Origin: Chrysomallon squamiferum
Lineage: Eukaryota; Animalia; Mollusca
Length of the DNA stretch: 64,000 nucleotides
Assembly (NCBI GenBank): GCA_012295275.1
Contig: CM022668.1
Coordinates: 6,324,001 to 6,388,000 of the forward strand
Reading direction: 5' to 3'
The notes beneath the pieces were generated by a model, which did no database searches, had not been told where the DNA came from, and saw only the letters and a list, made by a program, of their open reading frames with translations. Position numbers and translations under genes: made by a program. Of the stretch, positions 24,701 through 48,429 are shown piece by piece. The first letter of the stretch is position 1, and each line of letters begins with the position of its first letter.

Positions 24701-27257
24701 TAAATAAACATTATAATAATGTTAATAATAACATCAGTTTAACAGAAACTGTTCTGAACATTCTGTGACATGTCTTTTACTAATTATGTGTAGTTATGTT
24801 GAAAGCATGAGGGTAACAAAATCAAAATTTCATTTAAAAATATAAATTATACTCCCAAATGTGCAATTCAAAATTTTTAAATGATTAATTGTGTTCTTAC
24901 AGGAAGCTCATAATCTTCACTATCCTCCTCATCATCTTCTCCTTCTGGTTCTTCATCTAAGCCTGGCAAACCTTCATTAGAGCCCAATAAACCCTTTGCA
25001 TTACCCGCTGAAACAGAAAACATATTAATCATTATCTCACTTACTTGCAATTTAAGGGACTAATTTTCTACATCTTCTTTTTATTCTTATTATTATTGAG
25101 AGTTATATTTTATCAAAGATTTATATTCCTTCACTAAAATTAATTTATTCCTTCTTCTAAAATACATTAAAAATAAACTTTCTTTATTCAAAGCTTTGTC
25201 TGAATCAGAATTCACTGTGTTATAAATTGGGTCTTTAGCTAAACCCACAGACAAAGCAAAAGATTCAGATGACTGCTTGTAAAAAGTTAACAATACTGTT
25301 GACGCTCTATTTCATGGGCTTATATGGAAGAGAAACATTCCAGAAAAATAAAATATAAACATTAATCCTAAAATACACCAAATCATTAAACTTTAATATA
25401 TATATATATAACGCTATATATAATAATGTAAGAACAATACAGAGACATATAAACAATTAACGAAAAATGTAGGCTAGATGGGTGAAGTTTATTACATTAT
25501 GGGTGCAATTGTAAAATTTAGTCTTACTTTAAGAGGTAATCATAATAATTATATCTAAAAGTAAGGTTTCAAATGAGAGCAAGTTCATATTTTGTGAGTT
25601 TTCCAGATTTGATATGGATTTCCCCAAATCTGGAAAACTAAGATCCATGAAATTGTAATTATATAAGTATAGTACACCCATGGTTTAAAGATTCAATAAG
25701 GTCAAAGGATATATATTGGAGTTTGTAAAATGATAATTTAATTAAATTATAAGTACCTAAAATTTTGAGATAAGATGTGATTCAGATAATGAATGCTAAC
25801 AACCCTAGTAGTTCATGAATGTGTTTTCACAACTAGTACAACCTGTTGACCATCTACTGAGTTACTTTCCATGTGAATTCATCATTAAAGAAATTCTAAA
25901 GGAATTAAGTCTGAAAATAATCTGTTTCTAAGACTAAATTCCAGCAAGGTGACTTTCATTAAATCGAGGATACACTTTGTATACAAAAGAAATCAAGAAA
26001 TAAAACAACTCACGTTCTTCAATGGGCCCTTCGTCTTGTTCAGCTTCCAGTTCAGGATTGTCCATGATGTTATCAAGTGCCAACACAGCATTTTCTACTA
26101 TTTGTTCTTCAGCAAGCAAGTATTTCTCTTTGGAGGATGGATTGCTTAAAGAAGCTATGATTTTCTTGTGATCAGCATACATGTCTGTTAAACGGGTTTC
26201 AAAATCTTCACCATTGAGGTCAAAAACTGTGCCAGTGTACATTGCAAATACAGGTTCCTCACCAGAGAGTGTTGCTGATTGGGGTACCTTACCTAAATGA
26301 AAATAAATAAATAAATTAAAAACAAATTAAAAAATGACACAGTTGTTAAGAAAGACCAATTTAATATGTATATTATGATTCTAAAACTCAAAGATTATTA
26401 TATATAATTAGTAATAAAAATTATTGTATCAGAATGTAGATATTTCTATTTTTATATATATTAAATTAATAGTGTAACGAAGTAGTCAATTTATTATCTA
26501 AGCAGTCTTACCGCAATTAGTGATATCATTGGTATCACAAATATCATCATGGAAAACAATTGTCTGTGGCTTTTTTTGAACAGCTATGCAAAATTCTAAA
26601 AACTCGCATTTGCATTTTAACTCATGACGCCTGATATCACTGAAAATTAAACATTCAACATTAACATTATTAAAATATGAAAATTTTGTTAAATTATTAC
26701 TCACAGCAACTTAAGAGCAGTTCTAAATTTTCATCTTACTTCTCAAAAAATCTATTTTAAAAATATAAGTGATATAAATTAAAGAAAAGTTAAAGATTTA
26801 GCCAAAAGACTGTAGAAATTATTGTTTGTATGGCTGCAAAAGAATTAAAAAATTAAAGACAATAAAACTATTAAAAAAGGACAAAACAAAACAAAAAATA
26901 TATTTTTTCTTTTTAAATTGCAAATAAAATAAGACCTAATATTTGATTAATTGCTGTACTATAAAGAAATGGAGAAATCTCAGTAATGACATTATAAAAA
27001 AGATTTATCATAAATTTCAATAAGTTCCAAAGAAATCTGCTAAAAAACAACAGTTAATTAAAAATATCAAAAACCTACACAATTAGTACACCAGAATGTT
27101 TTGCAATACATTTTGAGAGTTGGTCTAAATCTTTCTCTAAGAGGACATTACAGGAAACAACTTCGTTTTCCAGTCTACATCCTTCAAAGCAAAACTGCGA
27201 GGAGTTTCCTTGAGATGTAACAACAAAGGTGCTTAATAACAGCAGTACTGTCAACAT
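16147..27257 (-). CDS. Uncharacterised 16-exon type I membrane protein: signal peptide, LRRNT/LRR/LRRCT-like ectodomain, acidic stalk, TM helix, long cytoplasmic tail ending in 19-aa tandem repeats (~1067 aa as assembled)
   Basis: Hand-built exons, all AG/GT bounded and phase-compatible: 27257-27079, 26639-26512, 26292-26014, 25007-24901, 23210-23115 (TM: LLQMLMIIIVACHFVLIFVIIIILVWK), 22622-22410, 22146-22102, 21586-21542, 21159-21127, 20193-20149, 19567-19343, 18935-18885, 18761-18528, 18126-18082 (weak donor GTCTGT), 17928-17878, 17574-16147. N-terminus MLTVLLLLSTFVVTSQG is signal-like. Cys patterns CFEGCRLENEVVSC and VLIVDIRRHELKCKCEFLEFC resemble LRR caps. The true stop may be 15788 if the 1-nt deletion near 16210 is an assembly error. 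Confidence 0.78.
16215..17300. repeat. Coding 57-bp tandem repeat, ~19 highly homogeneous units
   Basis: Same unit as the satellite, nearly invariant and in frame. Confidence 0.95.
18217..18390. repeat. (AAT/AAC/GAT)n compound trinucleotide microsatellite, intronic
   Basis: Seen directly; paralogous tracts at ~21690-21825 and ~22215-22290. Confidence 0.9.
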
Positions 27258-28149
27258 AATGCTCCTGCTGCAGCATAAGAAAATAGAAAAAAAGCCATTA
27301 ATACTATTTTATTATTTAAAAATTAAAACAAAAATTAAGTAAAATAAAACTATACTAAACAACACATATACACACACATGCACAAAAACAAAATAAAAAC
27401 AATAAAAAAAATAAATAACAGTACAACAAATTTTATGGTCTGTAATGTACCATTTCTGGAAAGGAGGAAATTTTTCCTGGAATACTATAAAAAAAAAAAA
27501 AAAAGACCTCAACTCTTTAAACAATATGAAATTAGACTGGACATACTGAGATAAATATTGATTAGATTCACAAGATTAGAATAGCCTGTGTCTCTCATAT
27601 TTATCAGCATTCCATGCAAATAATTACTCTTTAATATTTTTTTAATGCATTATTTAATATTTTAACATCAGTTGTGTGAAAAATAATGCTTATTACTCTT
27701 CAATATTTTAAAAAAGTATTAGTTAATATTTCAGCATCCTTTATGTGAGTTTTATTTTTTATTATTATTATTTTTTTTTTAAATGTTACTAGAGCTACCA
27801 GATAGTTTATCCAGATTCAAGAAAACTGGTAAGGGTATAAATTTGCCATTAAATACAATTTCGTTTTTGTTTTATACTAGCCATTGCTTATTTAGCATTG
27901 ATAAAAGTTTACATTAACAAAAATATTAAAAAAAAATCCAGAAATATGAGGAACTCCAAAAATATTTGATAAAAGGTGTCACCTGTGATCTGTACCACAA
28001 AATATATTTAATTATTATTTTGAGCAGCTTAAGTCAGTTATTTCTGGGAGGCGTTAGAATCAGTCACTATGTGTCCTGGTCTGACTTAATATTAATTTAA
28101 TCATTAAGAGCTCTCAAACTTTGACTCAAAGAAATTATTCGGGCCTGTG

Positions 28150-28193
<44 letters not shown>

Positions 28194-28194
<1 letters not shown>

Positions 28195-28410
28195 TGTTAT
28201 TCTTGTACAAACAACAGTTCTCTATCATTCAAAAATTTATGTTAATTTAAATGAAATTAATTCAAAGCTGTACGAAGCAGACGATCAAACCATAGATAAT
28301 GGTAACTATGACACGTCATCACAATAAGGCGGAAGTTACTATATATGGTTACATCCGGGATATTTTAGCGTCGCTCTGTATCATGTCTATAAATAAACAC
28401 TGATTGGTTT
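28194..28410 (-). promoter_or_regulatory. Possible 5' non-coding exon and promoter of the membrane-protein gene
   Basis: Donor-like AACAG|gtaat at 28194; locally CpG-richer stretch with ETS-like GGCGGAAGT (~28328) and CCAAT box (ctgattgg, ~28400). Confidence 0.3.
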
Positions 28411-28983
28411 CTTTCCTTTGATGTCTGTCTGTCTCTAAAATAAAAAATGAATCTATTTCCAATAATAGTATTTTGTAAGAATGTGGGATATTTTGTTCTT
28501 GTTGTTGTTTGTTTGTTGTTGTTTTGAGTTGTTTTTGTTTGGGTTTTTTATTGGTTTTTTGGTTTTTTGTTGGGGTTTTTTATTGGTTTTTTGGTTGTTG
28601 TTTTTATTTTTTTTATTTTTTTTTTTTTTTTTGGTAATACAGTGAGATCAGCATGATTCGGAGTTCGCGCCATTTATTACTTTTAAATAGAGTTAAACCT
28701 CGTTATAAAACCTAGTGGTATACCGCCATCCTATATAATGTACTGATTTCAGTAATCGTGTCTTAATGATATGATACGAGATCTTAAAAATTAAGCTTTC
28801 ATTAATTTATTCATTTGTTCATTCATTCATTCAATCATTTATTCCTTTAATTTGTATACAGTGATCAACAGAGAGAATGAATTAAAAAGAAAATCCAAGA
28901 AGAATATACCTCTATCTCTCCTGTTCCGTATAAACCTCTTTCTCACTTTCTGTCTTTTTCCCTGTCTTTCTTTCTATGTTTTT

Positions 28984-28985
<2 letters not shown>

Positions 28986-29052
<67 letters not shown>
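28986..29052. repeat. (CT)n microsatellite
   Basis: Seen directly. Confidence 0.95.
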
Positions 29053-29056
<4 letters not shown>

Positions 29057-30145
29057 CTGTCTGTAAAAGAAAAGAAACTATTATTATACAAAACAAAAAA
29101 TAAAAATCATTTAACTTCTCTGTACTGTTTCTATTTCTAACTGAAGTAGCTAACACTTATTGTCTATCGCTTCCTGAAGTCTTAAAATAACTGATAAAAA
29201 TAAACGCAATCGTAGACAAATAAAGATTTTTTTTTATTATCATTGACGTAGAGCTCTTTGTTTTCAACAAGATCAGTTAAATAATATCTTCCTGTAATTT
29301 ACAGGTAACATGAATAGTTATGAGCAGCAATAGTCATATTAATAACCACAACAACAGAAATAATAATAATAATAACAACAACAACAATAACAATTACAAC
29401 ACCAGTAATATAGTAATAATAACAGTATTTATTTATAATATTACTATTATTATTATTAATATTGATAGATAAATTGATTAACTGACAGACAGATAGGCAG
29501 ATACAGATTTCTAAATTGATGTAGATACTGATATAGATCTAGATAAACAATGATGATGACAATTTAAAAAAGCCTATTTCAGAAATCTAGCTAGGATAAT
29601 AATTTCTTTCTGTTTAGACAAGTCAGTCATTGAACAAGTTACAGATGACTTGATACGGTGATGTTGATATTATTCCAGCTCTATTATTTACAGTCCACTA
29701 TATCGAACGTCTACCGTTCTTTTATCATCCACCAGTTGATGTTTTACTACATGTATGCCTTACGATCACATATTAAACATTTCACGTAACCATTGCATGT
29801 GTTTAACACTTATTAACGGCATAACAACACAGTTAGCATGACAACCAGTTAAGAAAGGGAGAATCGTTATATCAATTTATAATGTGCATATCGCACTTTA
29901 TTCTGCCCTGAGAGACAGAAAAATCTGTAATAGAAATTGATGTGACTTTTTCTCTACATTTTTTTTATGCGTTTCCGTGCGACGTACAATTGTAAAATGT
30001 GTGTTTAAGCTCTCGATAAAGTGGTTGTGATTCTCAAAGGAAAATACATTCTAAAGTGTTAACTACAGGTCAAAAGTGTATTTTATTTATTTATAATTAT
30101 CAACAAATTTGAATTTAAAAAAATAATAATAATAATAATTTAGAA

Positions 30146-33749
<3,604 letters not shown>

Positions 33750-33792
33750 AATTACTAAATGAAACTGTATTTTGGTTTCTGTCGATTAAGAG

Positions 33793-33826
<34 letters not shown>

Positions 33827-34027
33827 AGAGGTCTTATGATTGGTTGGAGATTGATTATTCATCAGCATTCGTGTCAAACTGTGTTGCAGCTTTATCATTG
33901 GTTAATTACCAAGTAGGAGCCGTTTCATTAGCTGCACATTTTACTGAACATCTCTTCGTGATCCGTTTTGTCAAAATTTTGTGTGGGTTTTTTTGTGTTT
34001 TTTTCTTTTCACTGGTTAATACTTTTT

Positions 34028-34065
<38 letters not shown>

Positions 34066-34191
34066 TAAATTTTGTTCCTGCTTGTTTGTTCGAAAAGCTA
34101 ATAAACGTACATAGGTAAATTTGGTTTGTTAGGGAACAATCTTAATCTTCAGATATTTACTTCATCTCAGCAAACGATTGATTTTGTACAG

Positions 34192-34224
<33 letters not shown>

Positions 34225-35099
34225 GACACACACACAAACACACACACAAACACACTACCGTTGTGCATACTTACCGTGAAAATATAATTACTTAATATTT
34301 GTAAATTCTTTATTCACAGCTACTCGTAAAATTCATGAAGAAAATGAACTGTTTTGCTTTTGTCGTTTTCTTGAGGCAGACTGAAAAAATTATTTCAGTA
34401 TCGACCGTTTCCTGCATATTGACTATTTCGTTTTATTATCATTAATATTATTATTATATTTCTGAATATTTCTAAAGTCGAAGTTTTTACGATTTCCTTT
34501 TTCCTGTTGGCTTTTACCATGTTTTTAATGACGTGCTTCTACGACAATAAAAATGATATTTGTTTTTACAGTTTCTCTCTCTTTCTTTCTTTCTTATTCT
34601 CTTTCTCACTTTCTCTCTTTTTACAAAGACTGACAGACTGATTGACAGACAGATTGCTGTCCATCTCTACTTCTGTATAACCACCGGTTTCTTTTTCTAT
34701 ATATCTACAGCTTGTCATTTTCTCTCTGAATCTAAATATATAGATATATATGGGTCTGATTGTGGGTTTCTATGTGTTTGTGCGTCTGTGTGTGCGTATT
34801 AATACACACAGTTTTCTTTCTCTTTTTCTCTGTCTATCTACCTACCTAACTATCTATCTATATATACATATCTATCTATCTATCTATCTATCTATCTACC
34901 TATCTATCTATATATCTATATATCTATATATCTATATCTATATATACATACATATATATATATATACCCTATCTGTATATATAAAATAATTTATATAAAT
35001 TGTGTGTGCATGAGTGTGTGTATGTATGACAGAGAGGAGGAAAAACAGACAAAAAAGAGTGATAGGGAGAGGCAGAAAAATTACAGACAAAGGCGTAAA

Positions 35100-35269
<170 letters not shown>

Positions 35270-36377
35270 CCTCCGTCATATTAAATTGCTGTAACAGAAA
35301 CCTCATTCGATTACATCAACCAATTATAAACTCTAGCGACTGAAAGGATAAAAGACAGAAATCATTAAAACTGTCTTTATTATTTTATTTTTGTTCAGTT
35401 TTATATTGACCTAAACGATCTAAGTATGAGGCACTTCACAATTCGTCATTCAGAAAAACTCAAAATAACTATAAGAAGCAACCGCATGAAGGCACATGAT
35501 GAAAAACATCATTATTCACACTGCTTCTTCAACCAAAAAGTGGAATAAAATGAAACGAAAGAAAATATCGAAACAGAATGATGACCGTTTGCAAAATAAT
35601 AGTTTCTTTCATAGAAGAACTTTTAAATATTCAATAATGATAGATTAATTTAAAAGTGCACCTTGTTTATATAATTATAACACGTGTGTTAGAATTCAGT
35701 ATAAAGAGTACTACACGTACAGTAAGTAATGATTAATAACGATGATTAATATTAAGATGTTAATAGTTATGATGATAATTATTATTATTAAATATTAATG
35801 AATAAATTAATAATAATAGGAATAATAATAATATTTTTATTAATAATAACAATAATAATAATAATAATAAATTGTAGGGTTTTGTTCAGACTAGTCGTGT
35901 TTTATATATTACTGTTTCTTCCTTCTTTCTTTATTACTTTTCTTTAACGTATACATGTGTATATTTATTTTTATATATATCTACCTACATATCTAGTTAT
36001 TTCTCTCTATATCTGTGTGTGTGTATGTGTGTGTATACATTTATAAAACAAACTTTTTTATTGTGATAGCTAAAAGACAATGAATTATTATGTAATTAAA
36101 CAGTGTGTACGTAGGAGATGCTACATATAATTACAATTATAAATAAAACACAAATTATTATCTTTTTATTTAATCGTAGCGTTTATTCTATCGAATACAT
36201 ATTGGGTCTCTGTACGTGTGTGTGCGTGTATGTCTCTTTGCATGGGTGTGCGTTGGTGTGTGGGTGTTTATATGTGTGAGTGTTTTTGGGAGTAGGTACG
36301 TGTGCATGAGTGTACATCTGGTTGTCTGTCTGCGTACGTTTTCTAGCTTCATTCGTTATCAGGTGGTACTCCTGCTT

Positions 36378-41797
<5,420 letters not shown>

Positions 41798-42183
41798 TTT
41801 CTTGTTCTCAACACCCTCACAGTGATAACACAGTTTTTGTCTGGCAGTTACTGAGGTGCGCTTTTATCTACGGACAAAATCAATAACGCGAAAGAACGTA
41901 CCTTGAAAATTGCATTGTAGAAAACGGTCAGTTTATTTTATTAATAAGTCGTACTTTTTCATCTTCTTCTTCTTCTTCTTCTTCTTATTATTATTATTAT
42001 TATTATCTCTAAGCAGTATCCTTTCACATGCATTGATATAGAGGGATTTATTTAGGAATATTTAAAGCTACTGTCACACAGTGCGATTCAAAATAAGATC
42101 ATTATTATTTATTTTTTCCCTAATGAAAAGTGAGTTAGCCAGTCAGCGAGTCAGCGCTTCATTTTAATCAATGGAGGATTTGT

Positions 42184-42223
<40 letters not shown>

Positions 42224-43973
42224 ATATTATAATTATTCTTATTTCATTTCTATTTTTTATTTTTTTTTATTATTTTTTTTTTCTACTTCATTTTATTGTA
42301 ACTACCAGTTTTCCTATTTAGAAAACAGGGTAGTTCTCAATAAAAAGTGGTTTGACTATCAGCGTCATTACTGTTTGTTTGTTTAGGGATTTCCAAGCCC
42401 GACACTCTTAACCATACGTAATTATAACTTGTAGAATTGTCTAGTGTGTAAGGGCCTTTAACCTTACAATCATTATATTTTCAATTAATGCGCTGAAGAA
42501 CCCGAAGGTGTTTAACAATACTGTTGTCAAAACGCCATTTTAAATTATTAATTATATTTTTTATTTAATTAATCCACTGCATATAAAAGTATTGATTGTG
42601 TTGAATTTTCTGTTTAAATTATAAAAGTGTGAAACTAAACGAAGTGTTCAAGCATATTCAAAAATATATGTAATCGTTACCTTAATACGATCTTATTAAA
42701 AAGAAAACAACAATTATTTGTTATTATTTTATTCTAAGCGATCCTGAAATAAACCTTAAGCAGGTAAAATCCAATTATCTTCATTAATTTTATTATTTGA
42801 TATAATCGATTATTTCTAAATGAAATAACTCAGTGTTTCCTATCGATAATTGAGAGGAGTTCATTTATAGAAAGATATATTGACTGATACTCAGACAGAC
42901 CGACAGACAGACAGTGAGACTCACAAACAGACGGATACAAAGACTATAGAGACATGTAGACAAACAGAAAAACAACCAAGTAAATGCTACAGTCGTACTG
43001 ACGTCTTTCATATTGTATCGATTATCGTTAGCAATCACAAATGCACGAAGAAATAGATAAACACGAGAAACTGACATATAGACAGACAGATAAATGGTAC
43101 AGTCGTACTGACATCTTTTATATAATATCGATTATCGTTATCATTCACAAATGCACAAACATACAAACAGACAGACAGAGAGTGTTAGAACTAGGGATGT
43201 GCATATATTTATAGATACTAACAGACATATACATTTATGGATGGAAGAACTAAGTGACGGACAATGAACAGATAAGCGGAAGAAAGCATGAATCTGTGAA
43301 TGGATGGATGGATGGTCAGATGAATTGATGTATTAGAAAATTCTAGATATCTCATGGACACATGTAATTATACAAAGAGATATGCTTAATAAGATGCACC
43401 CTTCGAAACTATCCCATTTCTAAAATCAGTCTAGATTATTCTACACTTTTACAAATTAAGCAAATCCACAACGTTAAGCAAGTCCTCAACACTAAACAAG
43501 TCCATAATATCCAGCAAATCGACAACGTTAACATAGTCCTGAGCGTCAAGCATGTCTTCAACGTTAAGCAAGTTCAAACTTGAGCTTCACTTGAAATGTT
43601 TCGCCTCAAAGATCTTCAGTCGTATTTCATGTTTTATAATTCCTAAAAGAAATGCACGATTATTCAGCGGGTTAAAATTTAATTAAAATGTAGTTTGAAT
43701 ACTGTGTTGTCGTTGTTGTTTTTGTGAATGGTGTCTTCATCTTTCTTGACGTGTTCGTCATCACATTTGTTTCGAGAGAGTAAACTCCTGAGACGTTTAC
43801 AGAAAATCGTTTCAAAGTTTCATGTTTCTAAAGAATACATTAAGAATGAAATAAAGAGTCATGTGTTAAATGCCTTCGAAAAGAATGATGCGAAATTTAT
43901 CATCGATGTCACCAGTATGTGAATAAATGAATGAATGATCTGAAAAGGAATGTCATAGTGAAAGAAGATGATG

Positions 43974-44210
<237 letters not shown>

Positions 44211-44389
44211 CAAAGTTCAACAAGATAATTAGGTGTTATATCTGGATTAAATTTTAAAAAAAAAAAAACACTTGAAATGTAATACATCGTCGTATATATG
44301 CACGTTTCAAATTAAATAATACAATCAAGCAAACTAATGTTCAGTATATTTGTTCGATCGCCTCAGAAGACAGCTGTTTATCGACAATT

Positions 44390-46673
44390 TTAAAGATTTA
44401 CAGAATGTTCCGTGTTATTTTGTAGATGATTCTTCAAATTCATCTTTCCACATTTTTTCCAGAACTCCTCTGTTACGTCATCAACATTCCCAGCATTCCA
44501 ATCTTCCAGTTTGTGACTCCTCCACAGAAATATCACCCACAGCAAATTAAAGACATCCTGTGATATTAGGTACGAGGTGTTCCTCTCCAACATCCTCAAC
44601 AAGAAAATACCGTCCTGTTGCAAATAACGTCGGCAGAATGTGTGAAAAAGACCCATGTCGTCTGCTAGCATATTTTTCATACTGACTCGGTATTTTTCCA
44701 GAAATCTCTCTCGTTTAGAAACGATGATTAACTCGGTTGTCCATGAGATGAGGCTAAGGACGGTTGCTACTGCCAGCAAAGCAAAGATGAACCAAAGGAG
44801 TATGTACATCTTCTCCAGAAAGAGGTTGATGGACAAGACACACTGCACTGTCCAGTTCTGGATATTCTGAAGTTGTCGGATCTCGAAGTCACAGAGCGAA
44901 ATTCTCGGGAACTGACGGGAATCGATCCAAAATTCGTTTCGTAAGAGGGACGAAACGACCTCGATGCCGTAGGTGTAGTAGTCAATTTTCAAGAAAGCTG
45001 AGAGCAGAGGAAACTGAACGATGACGTTGACGAGGTAGAGAATCTTTGTCAAAAGAAACAACAGGACGAGATAGGACCCAGACTTGGTGGTGAGAGACAG
45101 GAATTTTTTAGAAAACATGTCTCTAAATCTGTCTATGTAGACAGCTGTTTGACTCAGAATCTCTCGTCTTTCCTTTACATCAGTGTGTTCCAAATCAGCG
45201 TCTATTGTCTTCTCAATGATGAGTTTAATATTCACCCCGCATTTAGCATTTAGCGATTTCCAGAAAAGATGCGGCAGGAAAAACAGCAATGCCTGAACCA
45301 TGAACATAATGGCCACCCAGGGATAGAAAATTATTCTCGTTTTCTGTCGATTTGTTTGCTCAACGGGGATTGGGTCATTCATGGTCACGTGATACATTGA
45401 CGATATCCAGCAGAAAGAATTGACGTAAGCAGTGAACTGGTCTGGTTCTGTCGCGTATTCGGCTGGAACCCAGCAGTGAATAGGATCGCCTACCAGCTGT
45501 GACGTGCCCACCGACACCGCCATCACCAGCAGTAATACAGCTACGACGACATAATGAAGACGGTCGACTTTGTCGTCGTCACGGACAGGTCGCAGTAGTT
45601 TGAACTTTGGCAGCGCGCCAAATATTTGGTCTAACCTAAAATAACAAAGAAAAATGCATATATAGTCAGAAACATACATACATAGATATACACACACACA
45701 TATATATAATGTACATACATATACACATACATACATACACTCATGCACACATACACACTTTTACACATATATAAAAACACAGTCATACATACATACGTAC
45801 GAATGCATATATATATATACACACGAACATACATACATACATACATTATATGTACAGACACATACATACATACCTACTGACATACACATACATATAAAGA
45901 TACATATATGCATACATAAATACAACACACAGCCACAGGTACACACATACATACATACATATATACATACATACAAACACGCACGGACAGACACACACAC
46001 ACACACATACACATATAGAAACACGCTCATACTTCTGAGACTATATGAAAAATGTATATATATATATATCCTTTCATAAATAAATACCGCATATACAGAC
46101 ACACAAACAGGTAGTAGCTGCTTAGACAGACAGACAGACAGTTGGACAAACGAGAACATCTCAATAGCATTTTTAACAGCGCAGAGTCTGTGAAACTCTC
46201 ACTTTAAGTCAGTTTATGTCTAACACAGTAAGCAGTTCACTCTTTATTTTTATTTATGTCTAACACAGTAAGTAGTTCACTCTTTATTTTATTTATGTCT
46301 AACACAGTAAGCAGTTCACTCTTTATTTTTATTTATGTCTAACACAGTAAGCAGTTCACTCTTTATTTTTATTTATGTCTAACACAGTAAGTAGTTCACT
46401 CTTTATTTGTATTTATGTCTAATACAGTAAGTAGTTCACTCTTTATTTTTATTTATGTCTAATACAGTAAGTAGTTCACTCTTTATTTTTATTTATGTCT
46501 AACACAGTAAGTAGTTCACTCTTTAATTTTATTCATCATCATTATTTGCTTCTACTACTACCTTTACTACTACTATTACTACTACTACCACTACCACAAA
46601 TCTATAATTATTATCATCATTATAATCATCATACTTATCATTTTATTATTATTATTATAACCACTGCTACTAC

Positions 46674-46735
<62 letters not shown>

Positions 46736-47697
46736 TTATTAAACATTCAAAAAACAATATATACGTACATACAATCATATATATATAATCACATACACAC
46801 CAACACATACACACCCATCCATATAAAAGTAACGGAGTCAAAGTTGTAAGATAAAATTATATCATTTTCATTTCGCTGAAACAAAACACTCGACTTTTTA
46901 CCCAGAAACGAGCAACTATCTTAGATAAAATTCCCGTAAAGATATTTTGAAATCTTAAATCACAAAATTAAATATTTTTCGTTTTTAATTACTATTTATG
47001 TATTTAATTCATTGTCATTATCCTTTATGTTAACACACACACACACATACACACACACCCAAACACCCATATAAAAGTTACGGAGTCAAAGTTGTAAGAT
47101 AAAATTATATCATTTTCATTTCGCTGAAACAAAACACTTGACTTTTTACCCAGAAACGAGCAACTATCTTAGATAAAATTACCGAAAAGATATTTTGAAA
47201 TCTCACCTCACAAAATTAAACATTTTTCGTTTTTAATTACTATTTATGTATTTATATCATTGTCATTATCCTTTATGTTAACACAAACACACAAATATAT
47301 ATATAGATATATGTTAATGTTTTGATTTGTTTATTTATTTATCTATTTTTTATTTTTTATTATTTTTTTTAAATATATTTTTGTTTTATTGCTATTTCGT
47401 ATAATTCTTTATTAAATGTTAACATTATAAAAAAAATGCTTTAAAAATTATACTTTAAAAAGTCATCAAAAACACTTTATTTCTTTATTTAATATTTTTA
47501 AATTATTATTAATTAACGGCTATTGTTGATACAGGAGTGTTATTTAATAACAGATGTGGACAGTTTTTCAATTTCAGATATATATCTATATATATATAAG
47601 TAAGTAAGTAAGTAACGAAATAAATTAACTTAAAAAGATGATATATAAATATATTATAATATGACCTAATAAAATAAGCTATATGTTCTACTTACAT
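44390..47697 (-). CDS. Innexin, copy 1 (~415 aa)
   Basis: Main exon 45635-44390 after acceptor ttgttattttag; AT of the start codon at 47697-47696 before GTAAGT. Motifs DDDKVDRLHY, VGDPIHCWVP, YVNSFCW, FYPWV, FPRISLCDF, TVQCVLSINLFLEKMY, YLQQDGIFLLRML; four hydrophobic segments. Confidence 0.95.
46215..46530. repeat. 40-bp minisatellite (~8 units) in the innexin-1 intron
   Basis: Unit tatgtctaacacagtaag(c/t)agttcactctttatttttatt. Confidence 0.95.
46810..47285. repeat. ~255-bp tandem duplication specific to the innexin-1 intron
   Basis: catataaaagt(a/t)acggagtcaaagttgtaagataaaattatatc... at ~46820 and ~47068; only one diverged copy at ~52780-52980 in unit 2. Confidence 0.9.
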
Positions 47698-48429
47698 TTT
47701 TTAATTAATTTTCCTTCCTTCAAATGTTTCGTTTTTCTTTTCCTCACTTTTCTGTTTTCTCCCTCTCCTTTGTGATTATTATTAATATTAGTATTATAAA
47801 ACTGTACGGTGAACAAAGAAGAGATCAGAAAATAACTAAACAAACAGCTGATTAAACTGATCGGTAGCTATCGGAATCTAATAATATACTCAGTCACTGA
47901 TAAAAATAACAACACTTTCCCCAGGATCAGTCAAATTCTAGGAATATATTACATTTCTGTCTTTGCTTTTGTTAAAACTTTACATTTTGTTTATTTGTTT
48001 GTTTTATTATTTTTTTATTTTTTTATTTATCACTTTTGTAATTTTATTATTTTTCTAAACGCGTGTAGCTATTCATCACCTGTCCGTTTGTCTGCGTATC
48101 AGTCTAGCTACGTGTACGTGCGTGTGTGCGTGTTCGTTCGTGTGTTTGTATGTGTGCTTCTGTGTGTTTCTGTCTCCATATCTGTATGTGTGTATAATGT
48201 GTATGTACGTATATGCAAACGGGCATACATACATCGATGCACAAATATAACCACACATATATTTACATAACACCCACACACCCGCTCACATGCCCACCTT
48301 CACACACATATCTTAACGTGATCTGCCTTTGGAGTACGGGCGAATGGTAAAATCAAACTATCTTCACTAATTTAATTATTTGATATAATCGATTATTTCT
48401 AAATGAAGGCCAGATTATTGTACTGTTTT

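Noticed and set aside
23300-24890. Additional exons or a mobile element in the long intron before the TM exon
   Set aside because: No convincing in-phase exon or element hallmark, and the flanking exons already join in frame.
42830-43430. Unit-1-specific ~600-bp segment as a transposon insertion
   Set aside because: No terminal repeats, target-site duplication or ORF identified; could equally be a deletion in unit 2.
45636-46159. N-terminal extensions of the innexin ORFs (MHECMYVCV...) and neighbouring YVCM-rich ORFs, likewise 50799-51268
   Set aside because: Translated (TACA)/(CA) microsatellite upstream of a clear splice acceptor.
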